DNA from: Eubacteriales bacterium
Lineage (GTDB): Bacteria; Bacillota; Clostridia; Oscillospirales; CAG-272
Assembly: GCA_045632205.1 (NCBI GenBank)
Contig: JAZQWH010000002.1
Location: 1-42,682, forward strand
DNA: 42,682 nucleotides
Direction of reading: 5' to 3'
Positions 19,447 through 28,577 of the stretch are shown piece after piece. Under the pieces are notes generated by a model. It was not told where the DNA came from. It searched no databases and was given only the letters and a program-made list of their open reading frames with translations. Position 1 is the stretch's first letter. Every line of letters starts with the position of its first letter. Both the position numbers and the translations under genes were made by a program.

Positions 19447-20874
19447 TTATCTCACCTCTACCAGCTCGATGCCGCTGATCCTTGCAAGCTTGCGCAGGGT
19501 GCTGATATGATGTCCGACACCGAGGGCGAGATGATGCGTCGGGCCTGCCTCGCACCAACGGGCAAGGAAATCGCACACGTCACCGCCAAAGCTGACGCGC
19601 GTGTTGGTGTTGCCCGTTTGCGGGATCTCTCCCGCGATCGACGTGCCCTCTGCCGCGATCATACGGAATTTTCCGTCCCTTGTCACGTTGATCGAGAGAA
19701 GGGTGACGGGGCCTGCCTTGAGCGAGAACTCCACGCCAATGCCGCTGCCCGATTTGCCGTGGTACTTCTTGAGCTTGCGCAAACGGGGCTTGCCCTCTGC
19801 GATGGCAATGTTGTGAGGGCCGTCGTGACCGATGAGAACGACGTCGTCGCAAACGTCAAAGGGATGGATCTCGGCAAAGGAGCCGCCACCGCCCACGTTC
19901 TTCATAATGAGCATTGCCGCCGCGGTCTTGAGGTCTGCCTCGCCCGCCAGAGGAATGCCTGCCGAGGTCAGGAGGGTGTTACCGATGATGAGATTTGCCG
20001 CAAGCTGCTCATAGGGGTTTTGCGGCTCGCTCTTATAGTAGTAGGCAAGAGCGGTCAGCTTGTTGTCGGCAACCAAGCGCTTGAGTGCGACCGCCTGCCG
20101 TGCGGAGTAGGCGAGATCCTCCTTTTTTACAAAATCGGTCAGAGGATCGATGGAGGGATCGCAGATCTCAAAGGTGTCAACGATCTCGCGGATCTGCGCT
20201 TCGATCTCCTCGTCCGTTACCGCCTCGGAGAGTCTTGCCAATTCGCACATCTCCAGCATCTTGACGTGTGCGCCGAACGCCGCGGAGAAGGCGGTGGGAT
20301 CGGTGTGCATATCGTACATTCCCTCGTAGGTGTGACCGAGGTAGCCGACGGTGCGGTATTTAAAGCTTGCCAGGGCATTTGCGGCGGATACCCATTCGCC
20401 CACCTCGCGGCGGATGCGATCGGTCTGCGAGGAGGAGGCGACGATGCAGGGAGGAATTGCACGTCCGAGACGCTCGTAAACGCCCGCGATCTCGGGCATT
20501 GCGCAAACGTCGTCGTTTGCCAATTGCATATAGGTGGTCGTGTGGGAGTAGTCGAGATGCTCAAGCGGCTGAATGCCCACGAGGACCTGCGGGAGATCGA
20601 GGTAGCGTGCGAATTGCGCGCAAACGGCGGAGGGGACGTAGGTGGAGAGGATGACGAAGAGCAGATCCGCGTCCTCGCGCTTGAGGCGGCGTACCGCGTC
20701 AAAGGAATCCTCCACGCAGTCCACGAATCCCGCATCGTAGATCTCGCACGTGTCGGGGTCGATAAGCTCGATGAATTGCCCCGCCTTTTGCATCAGCTCC
20801 TCGCGCAGCGTTTCGAACTGCTGAAAGTAAATATAGTGTCCCAGTGTGACAACTGCGATCTTTGCTTGCTTCAT
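19447..20874 (-). CDS. L-arabinose/L-fucose isomerase family protein
   Basis: GMYDMHTD, AGEAD, GGSFAE, GHDGP, GPTHHLALGVGH motifs. Confidence 0.85.
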   Translation of the reverse strand: MKQAKIAVVTLGHYIYFQQFETLREELMQKAGQFIELIDPDTCEIYDAGFVDCVEDSFDAVRRLKREDADLLFVILSTYVPSAVCAQFARYLDLPQVLVGIQPLEHLDYSHTTTYMQLANDDVCAMPEIAGVYERLGRAIPPCIVASSSQTDRIRREVGEWVSAANALASFKYRTVGYLGHTYEGMYDMHTDPTAFSAAFGAHVKMLEMCELARLSEAVTDEEIEAQIREIVDTFEICDPSIDPLTDFVKKEDLAYSARQAVALKRLVADNKLTALAYYYKSEPQNPYEQLAANLIIGNTLLTSAGIPLAGEADLKTAAAMLIMKNVGGGGSFAEIHPFDVCDDVVLIGHDGPHNIAIAEGKPRLRKLKKYHGKSGSGIGVEFSLKAGPVTLLSINVTRDGKFRMIAAEGTSIAGEIPQTGNTNTRVSFGGDVCDFLARWCEAGPTHHLALGVGHHISTLRKLARISGIELVEVR

Positions 20875-20977
20875 AAAGTGTATCTCCTTTTTTGGTTTTG
20901 ATTAGATTTTAGCATAAAATATCCCCTGAAACAAGCCATAATATGCCCATTTATAGGATGATCTGTCCGTTTTTGGA

Positions 20978-21006
20978 TTGACAAACGGGAGAAAATGTGG
21001 TAGGAT
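20978..21006 (+). promoter_or_regulatory. Sigma-A-type promoter
   Basis: TTGACA-17-TAGGAT with TG extension. Confidence 0.65.
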
Positions 21007-21031
21007 AGAATCAAAGAAAGGGGGGAGAGGG

Positions 21032-21829
21032 ATGCCGGTTTCATCTACTTTTTCGATCGACGTCGAGCGGATCGCGCTCGCGCACGAATTCACGCTCGAT
21101 TCCTCGCGCAGGTGCGAGTATCCAAACGGGCGCGGCACCTACGGGCTGGTCTACGTTTTGGAGGGAGAGGCGGAATACCGCTTTTTTGGCGGCGGTCGCG
21201 TGCGTGCGCGGCGCGGAGATTGCCTCTTTATTTCCGACGCCTCCGCTTACGTGATCGAAACGGAGGAGCCGTTTTTGCACGATACCGTCAATTTTGAGAT
21301 CCACGCCGAATCCTCCTCGCTCGGCGTGCTTGACGCACCGTACTGCCTTTTGCGAGGCGAGCATACGGAGCAGCTTGAACGTATCTTCCGTCGCCTCGTC
21401 ACACTCTGGAGCGCAAGACGGACAGGCTACGAGATGCAGGCGGTGGGCGTGCTTTATGAGCTTTTGTCGCGCTTTTATCTCGCCTACACCGAAAAAACGG
21501 GGGATACGGATGCGCGCCTTACCCGCGCACGCGAATATATCGAGCAGCATTTTGCAGAGGCGATCGGACTCAAGGAGCTGGCGTATCTTTCCAATATGAG
21601 CGTGACGAATTTCCGTCGCGAATGGGCAAGGCACTACGCCCTGCCGCCGATGCAATACCGTGATTCGGTGCGCATCGCCTACGCCAAGGAGTATCTTTCC
21701 AGCGGCTACTATTCGGTCACGGAGGTGGCACACAGGTGCGGATTTGAGGACGTGAGCTATTTTGTGCGCTTTTTCGGCAAAAAGGTAGGCGTCACCCCGC
21801 GCGCATTTTGCGCATTGCAGAGAGAATAA
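21032..21829 (+). CDS. AraC family transcriptional regulator
   Basis: C-terminal HTH (SVTEVAHRCGFEDVSYFVRFF); ATG 21032 after a G-rich RBS. Confidence 0.9.
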   Translation: MPVSSTFSIDVERIALAHEFTLDSSRRCEYPNGRGTYGLVYVLEGEAEYRFFGGGRVRARRGDCLFISDASAYVIETEEPFLHDTVNFEIHAESSSLGVLDAPYCLLRGEHTEQLERIFRRLVTLWSARRTGYEMQAVGVLYELLSRFYLAYTEKTGDTDARLTRAREYIEQHFAEAIGLKELAYLSNMSVTNFRREWARHYALPPMQYRDSVRIAYAKEYLSSGYYSVTEVAHRCGFEDVSYFVRFFGKKVGVTPRAFCALQRE

Positions 21830-21830
21830 G

Positions 21831-21859
21831 AAAAAACCGATGCAGATGCATCGGTTTTT
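21831..21859. terminator. Bidirectional terminator
   Basis: AAAAACCGATGCA-GA-TGCATCGGTTTTT. Confidence 0.8.
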
Positions 21860-21862
21860 CGT

Positions 21863-21893
21863 TTTTTTTATCGGGAAATCGACTCGTCGTCCT
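21863..21893. repeat. 31-bp direct repeat, copy 1 (identical to the 3' end of the XRE gene)
   Basis: TTTTTTTATCGGGAAATCGACTCGTCGTCCT identical to 22980-23010. Confidence 0.9.
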
Positions 21894-22014
21894 CACGTGT
21901 GGGAAAATAGGAAAGATCGTCCAGAACGTGGTCGTAGATCAGCTCGGTGTGCTCGGAGTATAAGCGATCCCAAACGAACCGCCACGCCGTCTCGATCCTT
22001 TCTTGTCCTATCAT
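21868..22014 (-). pseudogene. 48-aa ORF, probably a truncated gene fused to a duplicated XRE C-terminus
   Basis: AAGGAG RBS, ATG 22014; MIGQERIETAWRFVWDRLYSEHTELIYDHVLDDLSYFPTRE-DDESISR*; the last 7 residues come from the 31-bp repeat; below the ORF-track cutoff. Confidence 0.6.
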
Positions 22015-22024
22015 TTTTATCTCC

Positions 22025-22645
22025 TTATTTGACGTAAAGATTGATCGCGCCCGCGATATGGGCGGCGTGAAGCTCGATGACGTTGGGAAGAAAATGCGTG
22101 TGGTCGCGGAACAGGTCGTTGCCCGAAAGGCCTAATGCATGGGTGAAGGTGTAGAGATCGAGCACGTCAGTGCCTCTCTCTGCCATGACCTCGCACGCGA
22201 TCTCATTGAAGCGAAGCACATCCTCGGCGCGGCGCGTAAAGGGCATGGTCGCCTTGTAGCGTGTGCCGTCCGCCTCGGTGGTGGTGATAAAAACGGTCTT
22301 GACGCTGTGCGCGTCCATGACGTCGAGGATGGCGTGGAGATTTTTGCGGTACTCCTCTTCCCCAACCTGAAGCGCCTCGTCGGGTCGCTCGCGCTTGATG
22401 TCATGCAAGCCGCAGTTGAAGAAAAAATAGGAGCAATCGAGTGTGCCGTTGTCCGCAAGCTCGCGCACGTAGGCCAGAACACGTCTGCTGTCACCGCCGT
22501 TGCCGCCAATGGGAAGGTCGAGATTTTTGTACGCCTCCTCCGTACCCGGGCGACTGTAAACCGCGACATCGGGGCGCAGGAACGCGCGCATACGGGGGCT
22601 ATAATCCAAGCTGATGCTATCTCCTACCAAAAGAACCTTTTTCAT
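22025..22645 (-). CDS. SGNH/GDSL hydrolase (esterase)
   Basis: VLLVGDSIS (block I), NGG, FNCGLHD (block III), D-x-x-H (DHTH, block V). Confidence 0.9.
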   Translation of the reverse strand: MKKVLLVGDSISLDYSPRMRAFLRPDVAVYSRPGTEEAYKNLDLPIGGNGGDSRRVLAYVRELADNGTLDCSYFFFNCGLHDIKRERPDEALQVGEEEYRKNLHAILDVMDAHSVKTVFITTTEADGTRYKATMPFTRRAEDVLRFNEIACEVMAERGTDVLDLYTFTHALGLSGNDLFRDHTHFLPNVIELHAAHIAGAINLYVK

Positions 22646-22758
22646 TTGTCATTCCTCGCTTTTTGTTTTTCTTACACCTCTATTATAGCAAACCGTGGCG
22701 AAAAAACAAGATACAATCATTCAAAAGTCTTGCAAATCGTTCATTTTTTCAAGATTTA

Positions 22759-22948
22759 GGGGGGGGACCTTTTGAAAGAAGTAAGGTCGCAGGCGACCGT
22801 GTAGCCGCAACGCGGTCCCCCTTCCTCTCGGAGGAAGGCTTTTGACAACAACCCGTTTACGGGTAGCAGGTAACAAATGCATGGCTGGCAGGCCAATAAA
22901 AGACGCACTTGTGCGTAGCCTGTAGTATTAGGGCTATGCCCGAAAGTG
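22759..22948. repeat. Structured intergenic element (REP-like or ncRNA candidate)
   Basis: Consecutive hairpins GGTCGC-AG-GCGACC, CCTTCCTC-TCG-GAGGAAGG, ACCCGT-TT-ACGGGT, ACGCAC-TT-GTGCGT, GGGC-TAT-GCCC; outer GGGGGACC/GGTCCCCC pairing. Confidence 0.45.
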
Positions 22949-22978
22949 AAATACCCCCCGTTACACGGGGGGATTTTT
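22949..22978. terminator. Intrinsic terminator downstream of the XRE gene
   Basis: CCCCCCGT-TAC-ACGGGGGG stem with A/T flanks. Confidence 0.75.
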
Positions 22979-22979
22979 A

Positions 22980-23010
22980 TTTTTTTATCGGGAAATCGAC
23001 TCGTCGTCCT
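22980..23010. repeat. 31-bp direct repeat, copy 2
   Basis: Identical to 21863-21893; covers the last codons and stop of the XRE gene. Confidence 0.9.
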
Positions 23011-23206
23011 TGACGTATTCGATGATGTCGCCGAGAGTACAGCCCAACGCCTTGCAAATGCGGTCGAGAATGTAGCTGTCATACCGCACAACGTGATTTT
23101 TGTAGTAGCGGTCGATCGTTTGAAACTTGACCTCGGTCCGCTTCGCCAATTCATAGCGCGTCATTCCGCATTTGTCCAGATAGCGGTCAATCGTCAATCT
23201 TACCAT
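22985..23206 (-). CDS. Cro/C1-type (XRE) HTH regulator
   Basis: 73 aa; MTRYELAKRTEV...LDRICKALGCTLGDIIEY; AAGGAGG RBS before ATG 23206. Confidence 0.85.
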   Translation of the reverse strand: MVRLTIDRYLDKCGMTRYELAKRTEVKFQTIDRYYKNHVVRYDSYILDRICKALGCTLGDIIEYVKDDESISR

Positions 23207-23239
23207 ATACACCCCTCCTTTGATATATATTTTATCGAA

Positions 23240-23294
23240 TATATACCCGATTGACAATTTCTCTGATTTGGTATATACTTATATAGGTATATAC
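23240..23294 (+). promoter_or_regulatory. Sigma-A promoter with overlapping palindromic operator
   Basis: TTGACA (23251)-17-TATACT (23274); near-perfect palindrome GTATATACTTATATAGGTATATAC at 23271-23294; extra TATATACC half-site at 23240. Confidence 0.7.
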
Positions 23295-23315
23295 AGAAAG
23301 AGGGGAGATTATGAT

Positions 23316-23651
23316 ATGAAATTGTTGGTTGTCGGATCGCGGAGCATAGGAGCGTTTGACCTATCACCCTATATTCCGAAGGAGGTTGTTGCTGTAATCA
23401 GCGGCGGTGCTAACGGGATCGATCACCTCGCGGAGCAGTATGCCGATCAGCACCGCCTTTCAAAGTACGTTATCCGACCGCGCTACGAGAAATACGGACG
23501 TGCTGCCCCCATCAAGCGCAACGAGGAGATGGTCGAGCTTGCCGATGCTGTTTTGGTGGTTTGGGACGGTCACTCAAGAGGCACACAATACACCTTGCAA
23601 TACGCAAAAAAGAGGAATAAGCAGGTCACGCTCGTTCAATTTGAGGGCTGA
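23316..23651 (+). CDS. Stand-alone SLOG family protein (YspA/DUF2493-like)
   Basis: 111 aa; VVGSR, ISGGANGID.LA, AP.KRN.EM, D.V..VWDG.SRGT motifs. Confidence 0.75.
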   Translation: MKLLVVGSRSIGAFDLSPYIPKEVVAVISGGANGIDHLAEQYADQHRLSKYVIRPRYEKYGRAAPIKRNEEMVELADAVLVVWDGHSRGTQYTLQYAKKRNKQVTLVQFEG

Positions 23652-23684
23652 TTGCAAAAAAGAGAACGGAGATCATCTCCGTCC

Positions 23685-24572
23685 TCAAAAAAATGATTCG
23701 ATCGCACAGGTCACGCCGCACGCGCGCATTCGCTCTACCGCTGAGAGAAGCTCCTTCTTTTTGGGGAGGGGAACGTCGGGGATGGGATAGGCTTTTCCGA
23801 GTGCGTGATATTTTCGCTCGGCGTAGCTATGGTAGGCAAGGATGCGCACGCAGGTCACGTTTTTCAGCTCCCTGACAACGCAGGCGATGCGCTCGACCTC
23901 ACCGTCGTTCATCGTCGGCACGTAGGGGTAGCGGATCTCAAAGGGGAGCCCCTTCGTGTCGAGGTAACGCAGATTTTGCAAAATCTGCGAATTCGTTCCC
24001 CCCGTGCAGGCAATATGCACCCCCTCGTCGATCGCCTTGAGATCGACGAGAAAGCAATCCGCATAGGGCAGGATCCTGTCGAGCGAGGCACGCGGAACCG
24101 CGAGGGAGGTGTCGATGGCGAGATGAATGCCTCGCTCCTTGAGGTGCCTTGCAAGTGCGACGCATAGATCGACCTGCATCAGCGGCTCACCGCCCGAAAA
24201 GGTCACGCCGCCTCCGCTCTCCTTCATAAAAAGCTCGTCGCGCAGAACCTCCCGAACGATCTCTGCGGCATCTCTCTCGTCACCAACCACCTCAAAAGCA
24301 CCGTGCGGACAAGCGTCCACGCACCGCCCGCAGAGGTCGCAATTCTCGCGCAGCAGGATGTGCCCACCGTCGCGCAAAAGATTTGCCCCGCAGACCGTGG
24401 CGCATTTTCCGCAGGCGGTGCAGCGGTCGGGATCGTAGAAAAGCTCCTTGGAAAAGGAAAAGGATTCGGGATTGTGGCACCATCTGCAGCGCAGAGGACA
24501 TCCCTTGAAGAAGACGGTGGTGCGGATGCCGTCTCCGTCGTGAATTTCAAATGGCTTAATTGCAAAAATCAT
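23685..24572 (-). CDS. Glycyl-radical enzyme activating enzyme (radical SAM) 1
   Basis: HDGDGIRTTVFFKGCPLRCRWCHNPES; ferredoxin insert with two CxxCxxCxxxC motifs; GGVTFSGGEP; TGATG overlap with the GRE stop. Confidence 0.92.
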   Translation of the reverse strand: MIFAIKPFEIHDGDGIRTTVFFKGCPLRCRWCHNPESFSFSKELFYDPDRCTACGKCATVCGANLLRDGGHILLRENCDLCGRCVDACPHGAFEVVGDERDAAEIVREVLRDELFMKESGGGVTFSGGEPLMQVDLCVALARHLKERGIHLAIDTSLAVPRASLDRILPYADCFLVDLKAIDEGVHIACTGGTNSQILQNLRYLDTKGLPFEIRYPYVPTMNDGEVERIACVVRELKNVTCVRILAYHSYAERKYHALGKAYPIPDVPLPKKKELLSAVERMRACGVTCAIESFF

Positions 24573-26773
24573 CAATCGTTCCCCTCACATTGCTTGATAA
24601 ACAGATCCTGCTTGGTCTTGTTGAGTCGGACGAAATATTCGTTCCAGCCGCAGACGCGGACCTGGAGCGTGGCGTATCGCTCGGGATGGAGCTGTGCCTC
24701 TCGCAGGGTGTCGCCGCTGACGATGTTCCCCTGCGCGGCAAAGCCGCCGTGACGGAAGAAGATCTCAAGGAGCGATTGGAAGTCCGCAAGCCCCTTTTCC
24801 CCCTCGACCGCGGAGGGATGAAGAATGAAATCAAAGGGCGCACCGTCCAGAAATGCCGAAGAATCGATCTCCAGGACCGATTTCATATAAGCCGTAATGC
24901 CTCCGCGGTCCATTCCGTCGGTGGCGCAGAGATTTTTGGAGATGGGCTTACCCGCACGTCTGCCGTCGGGTGTTGCCGCGGTTTTTTCTCCGTGACGGAT
25001 GCAATGATAGATCGAATCCAGCCCCAAGCGCACCCTTCCGCCGCGCGAAAGCGCCTTTCCGCAGTAGCGATCTGCCAGATGCTCCAGAAGCGCCTTCATA
25101 ATGCGGTCGGGAAGGGGGAGATTGTTGCCGTATTTTTCACGGTCGGCAAGAATTTTATGCTGCAGCTCCTCATAGCCCTGCCAATCGGCGGCAAGCACCT
25201 CGCGAAGCTGTGCGAGGGAAAGCTCTCCCTTGTCAAAGACGTACTTTTTGATGGCGACGAGCGAATCGACCGCGGTTGCAATGCCATGGTGCTTGAGGGA
25301 GAGGTTGTTGTAGCGCAGGGGATATTCGTGTACGTCCATTCCGCGCTCGATGCAAGCGGGGAAGCTGCTCGAATAGATGGGAGAGGGATTGATGAGGGTG
25401 CTGTGTGCGCCCAATTTTTCAATGAAATCAAGCGCAAAATCGGTGCAGTGATCGATCTGATTGAGAAAGATCTCAAAAAACTCCTCAAAGCTACCGACCT
25501 CAAGCGGGCTTTCATAGCCGATCTGCACCCCCGTTGTGGGATCCTTGCCGCCGTTGAGGGCAAATTCGATGCACTTGACGGTGTTGAAGCGAAGCGTTGC
25601 GATCTCGCCCTCCTCAAGCCCCATAATGATCGGCTCGTAGCAGCCGAGGACCACGTAATCTTGTGCGTCGGTGCGCGGAATACCGAGCCGCTCGTAGCCG
25701 CGGAAGACCGCCTCGTCGTTGAGGATGCAAATGCTGTTATGACCGTCGCGGATCATAGAGACCACCCTTCGGAGGATCTGACGGTCAAGATTTTTGTGGT
25801 AACGGACGTGTATCTTCGGATCGTAGATGGCAAGCGAATCGTAGACCTCCAGGATGAGATGACTCAATTCGTTTGTCAGATCGTTGCCCTCCGTGTCCGA
25901 GCCGCAGATTGTAAAGGGCTGCTGTGCAAAGCGGCGCGCGGCGGTAAAGTGGAGAAAATAATAACTGAAAAGCTCGCGCACCTCCTCCTCCGTCATTCCG
26001 CATCGGCGGTCGCCTTCAAGATAGGGGAGATAGAGACGGTCGATCGGTCCCAGCGTCCTGCCGCGCTCCTCGCCCGCCTCTTCAAAATAGAGATAGAGGA
26101 TGGAGAAGGTCATTACCTCGTAGAGGGTTTTTGGCGGACGCTCCGAGAGATTTTTGATGCACGCCGAAAATTCGGGAAGGTCAAAGCGCAGGGAATAATC
26201 GTAGATCCGTCCCAGCAGACGCAGGATCGCCTCGTAGCAAAGGATGACCGAATCGAGAAAGACGATGCGCTCCGCAGGTGTCTCTGCGCACGCGAGCAGA
26301 CGCGCCTTCGATGCTTTCGCGTTCTCCAAAATCCCCGCAAAGCCGTGCTCGAGCAGATAGGGCCAATTGGGCACGGTGTGGCAAAAATCCACCATCATCC
26401 AATCGAGTCCCGCCGCCGAGTATTCGCGGTAGCGTGCAAATTCCGTGGGGAGCTTTTCTCCGCGCACGCGCTTTCGGTGCGGAGAGGTCGCCTTCTGAAA
26501 AATGCTGGTTGTGGCATTCTCGGTGTAGTCGATGCCGAAATTGAGCTTGACGGAAAAGGGCGTATGCTCGTTGATCTGCAATTGCGCGTGGTCAAGAAGG
26601 TAGGCAAACATTTTTGCGCAAACCGTCGGACGCGGCTCGTCGGTTTTTTGATCGCTCATCTCGCAAAGCGTCAAAAAGAGCTTGTCGGGGTCAATTCCCG
26701 TCGATCTGTCAAATACCGCCTCCTCGAATTCGTGCTCGATCAGGGGGCGATTTTCCAAAAAGGATTGCTTCAT
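24572..26773 (-). CDS. Glycyl radical enzyme (PFL-like family) 1, substrate unknown
   Basis: 733 aa; Cys loop GCYE; ATPDGR; C-terminal glycyl motif VRVCGW. Confidence 0.9.
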   Translation of the reverse strand: MKQSFLENRPLIEHEFEEAVFDRSTGIDPDKLFLTLCEMSDQKTDEPRPTVCAKMFAYLLDHAQLQINEHTPFSVKLNFGIDYTENATTSIFQKATSPHRKRVRGEKLPTEFARYREYSAAGLDWMMVDFCHTVPNWPYLLEHGFAGILENAKASKARLLACAETPAERIVFLDSVILCYEAILRLLGRIYDYSLRFDLPEFSACIKNLSERPPKTLYEVMTFSILYLYFEEAGEERGRTLGPIDRLYLPYLEGDRRCGMTEEEVRELFSYYFLHFTAARRFAQQPFTICGSDTEGNDLTNELSHLILEVYDSLAIYDPKIHVRYHKNLDRQILRRVVSMIRDGHNSICILNDEAVFRGYERLGIPRTDAQDYVVLGCYEPIIMGLEEGEIATLRFNTVKCIEFALNGGKDPTTGVQIGYESPLEVGSFEEFFEIFLNQIDHCTDFALDFIEKLGAHSTLINPSPIYSSSFPACIERGMDVHEYPLRYNNLSLKHHGIATAVDSLVAIKKYVFDKGELSLAQLREVLAADWQGYEELQHKILADREKYGNNLPLPDRIMKALLEHLADRYCGKALSRGGRVRLGLDSIYHCIRHGEKTAATPDGRRAGKPISKNLCATDGMDRGGITAYMKSVLEIDSSAFLDGAPFDFILHPSAVEGEKGLADFQSLLEIFFRHGGFAAQGNIVSGDTLREAQLHPERYATLQVRVCGWNEYFVRLNKTKQDLFIKQCEGND

Positions 26774-26867
26774 TGTGCCAACCTCCGTTTCTTTCTGCCT
26801 TCATTATAATCTGTTTTTCTCTTCCTGTAAATGCACGGATGCTTCAAAAACTTGCACAAATCCGTCA

Positions 26868-26896
26868 TTGACAAGCGCGCGTGACTGTGGTATAAT
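26868..26896 (+). promoter_or_regulatory. Consensus sigma-A promoter
   Basis: TTGACA-17-TATAAT with TG extension. Confidence 0.8.
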
Positions 26897-26925
26897 AAGG
26901 CAAACGGAGAGAGGAGGCGAGACGG

Positions 26926-27699
26926 ATGAAAAAGGATTTGTGCGTCGAGGAGATCGTCAACGTTTATCGGCAGGACACGACGAAATGGAAGAGAGATGCC
27001 TCTCGTGAGCGAAACCGAGAGGGGCTTGTGCTGTTTACGGAGGGGGAGATCGAGTATACTTTCCCGAGCGAGACGGTGCTGGCGCGCCGCGGTTCTTTGA
27101 TGCTTTTTCCGTCAAATCTGCCCTATTGCGGTGTTGCGCGAACCGAACGGGTTGCATATTTCGTTCTCGATTTCAAGTCGGTTGGAGAGGACGGGACGCT
27201 TGCGCTCGGTGCGCCCTGCATTGCCGTTCCGCAGAATTTTGAGGAGCTGTGCCGCGCATTTGACGAGGTGGAGCGTGCGTGGGAGCGGCAGAGCGCGGAG
27301 TCGAATTTGCTTGCCAAGGCATTCTTGTACAAAACGCTCGCGCAGATGGTTGGGGGCGGCAAGCATCCGACGGGCGGAGACGATCGCGGAATTCTGCCCT
27401 ATCTGTTCGATCACTACACCGATCCCGCGCTTTCCGTTTCGTCGCTGTGCCGTGAATTTTTTATTTCCGAGTCACAGCTGAGACGCAATATCCTGCGTGC
27501 AACGGGACTCACACCGAACGAATATATCACCTCCCTGCGCTTAACGCGCGCGAAGCGGGAGCTGATCTGCACGCAAAAAAGAATTTTGGACATCGCCTCG
27601 GAGTGCGGATTTTCCTCCGCCTACTATTTCTCCCGATGCTTTCACCGTCACACAGGCGTCTCTCCCGAGCAATACCGCCAAAGCAACCGATCGGTTTAA
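26926..27699 (+). CDS. AraC family transcriptional regulator
   Basis: C-terminal HTH (IASECGFSSAYYFSRCF...GVSP); divergent from GRE 1. Confidence 0.9.
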   Translation: MKKDLCVEEIVNVYRQDTTKWKRDASRERNREGLVLFTEGEIEYTFPSETVLARRGSLMLFPSNLPYCGVARTERVAYFVLDFKSVGEDGTLALGAPCIAVPQNFEELCRAFDEVERAWERQSAESNLLAKAFLYKTLAQMVGGGKHPTGGDDRGILPYLFDHYTDPALSVSSLCREFFISESQLRRNILRATGLTPNEYITSLRLTRAKRELICTQKRILDIASECGFSSAYYFSRCFHRHTGVSPEQYRQSNRSV

Positions 27700-27766
27700 A
27701 AAAGAACCCGGATCCGCAAGCGAGGTGTCCATCAGGGCACGCCGCATCGGATACGGGCTCTTTTTC
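27698..27766. terminator. Bidirectional terminator-like hairpin
   Basis: AAAGAACCCG.ATCCG...CGGAT.CGGGCTCTTT between convergent genes. Confidence 0.55.
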
Positions 27767-28577
27767 AATTAAAAATTGCATTCAGCGCGTCGAGCGTCTC
27801 CTTGCTCGGCACGTCAAAGGTTGTGGCATCCAAGCCGAGCGCGCCGTATTTGTGTGCGCCCATTGCGTGGTAGGGCAGAAGCTCTGTGCGCTGAGGCTTG
27901 CCGCAGGAATCGAGAAATTCCTTGATGCGGCGCATCTCCTCCTCGCTGTCATTGACCGAGGGAATGAGCGGGATGCGCACCCAAACGGACGCGTTTTTTG
28001 CGAGCAGCAAGCGAAGGTTTTCAAGGATCCGTCCGTTTTCCACGCCCGTGTATTGCTTGTGGAGCCTGCTGTCATAGCATTTTACGTCGTAGAGGAAGAG
28101 ATCGGTATAGGGCAGGATGTGCTCGAAGCGCTCAAACGGCACGTTTCCCGCGGTGTCCACGGCGGTGTGGATGCCGTTTTTTTTGCATTGGGCAAGAAGC
28201 TCCTCCAGAAAATCGATCTGAAGCATACATTCCCCGCCCGAAAAGGTCACGCCGCCCCCCGAGCTTTGGTAGAAGCGCGCATCCTTTTTGATCTCCCGCC
28301 ACACCTCGTCTGCCGTGTATTCCTTGCCGCAGATCTCTCTCGCACCGTTCGGACAGAAAAAATCCGCGTCATACGGGCTGATGATCTTACATTTTCCGCA
28401 ATTTGCGCACTTGCTTTGATAGAACGTCATTTGCGGCTTTGGCGATTGACTTTCGGGATTGTGGCACCACGCGCAGTGCAAATTACAGCCCTTGAAAAAG
28501 ACGGTCGTGCGGATGCCGGGGCCGTCCACAAAGGAATTCCTTTGGATATCGAAAAGCGTTGCGGTTGGATTACTCAT
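27765..28577 (-). CDS. Glycyl-radical enzyme activating enzyme 2
   Basis: DGPGIRTTVFFKGCNLHCAWCHNPES; shortened ferredoxin insert (CANCGKC...CP); GGVTFSGGE. Confidence 0.92.
   Translation of the reverse strand: MSNPTATLFDIQRNSFVDGPGIRTTVFFKGCNLHCAWCHNPESQSPKPQMTFYQSKCANCGKCKIISPYDADFFCPNGAREICGKEYTADEVWREIKKDARFYQSSGGGVTFSGGECMLQIDFLEELLAQCKKNGIHTAVDTAGNVPFERFEHILPYTDLFLYDVKCYDSRLHKQYTGVENGRILENLRLLLAKNASVWVRIPLIPSVNDSEEEMRRIKEFLDSCGKPQRTELLPYHAMGAHKYGALGLDATTFDVPSKETLDALNAIFN

Noticed and set aside
3166-20901. Other long antisense ORFs (3166-4995, 15993-17654, 17816-19576, 19345-20901)
   Set aside because: Each overlaps a motif-supported gene on the opposite strand.
22759-22948. Assignment as tRNA, tmRNA, SRP, RNase P or raiA RNA
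   Set aside because: Diagnostic motifs not found; only short coincidental matches.
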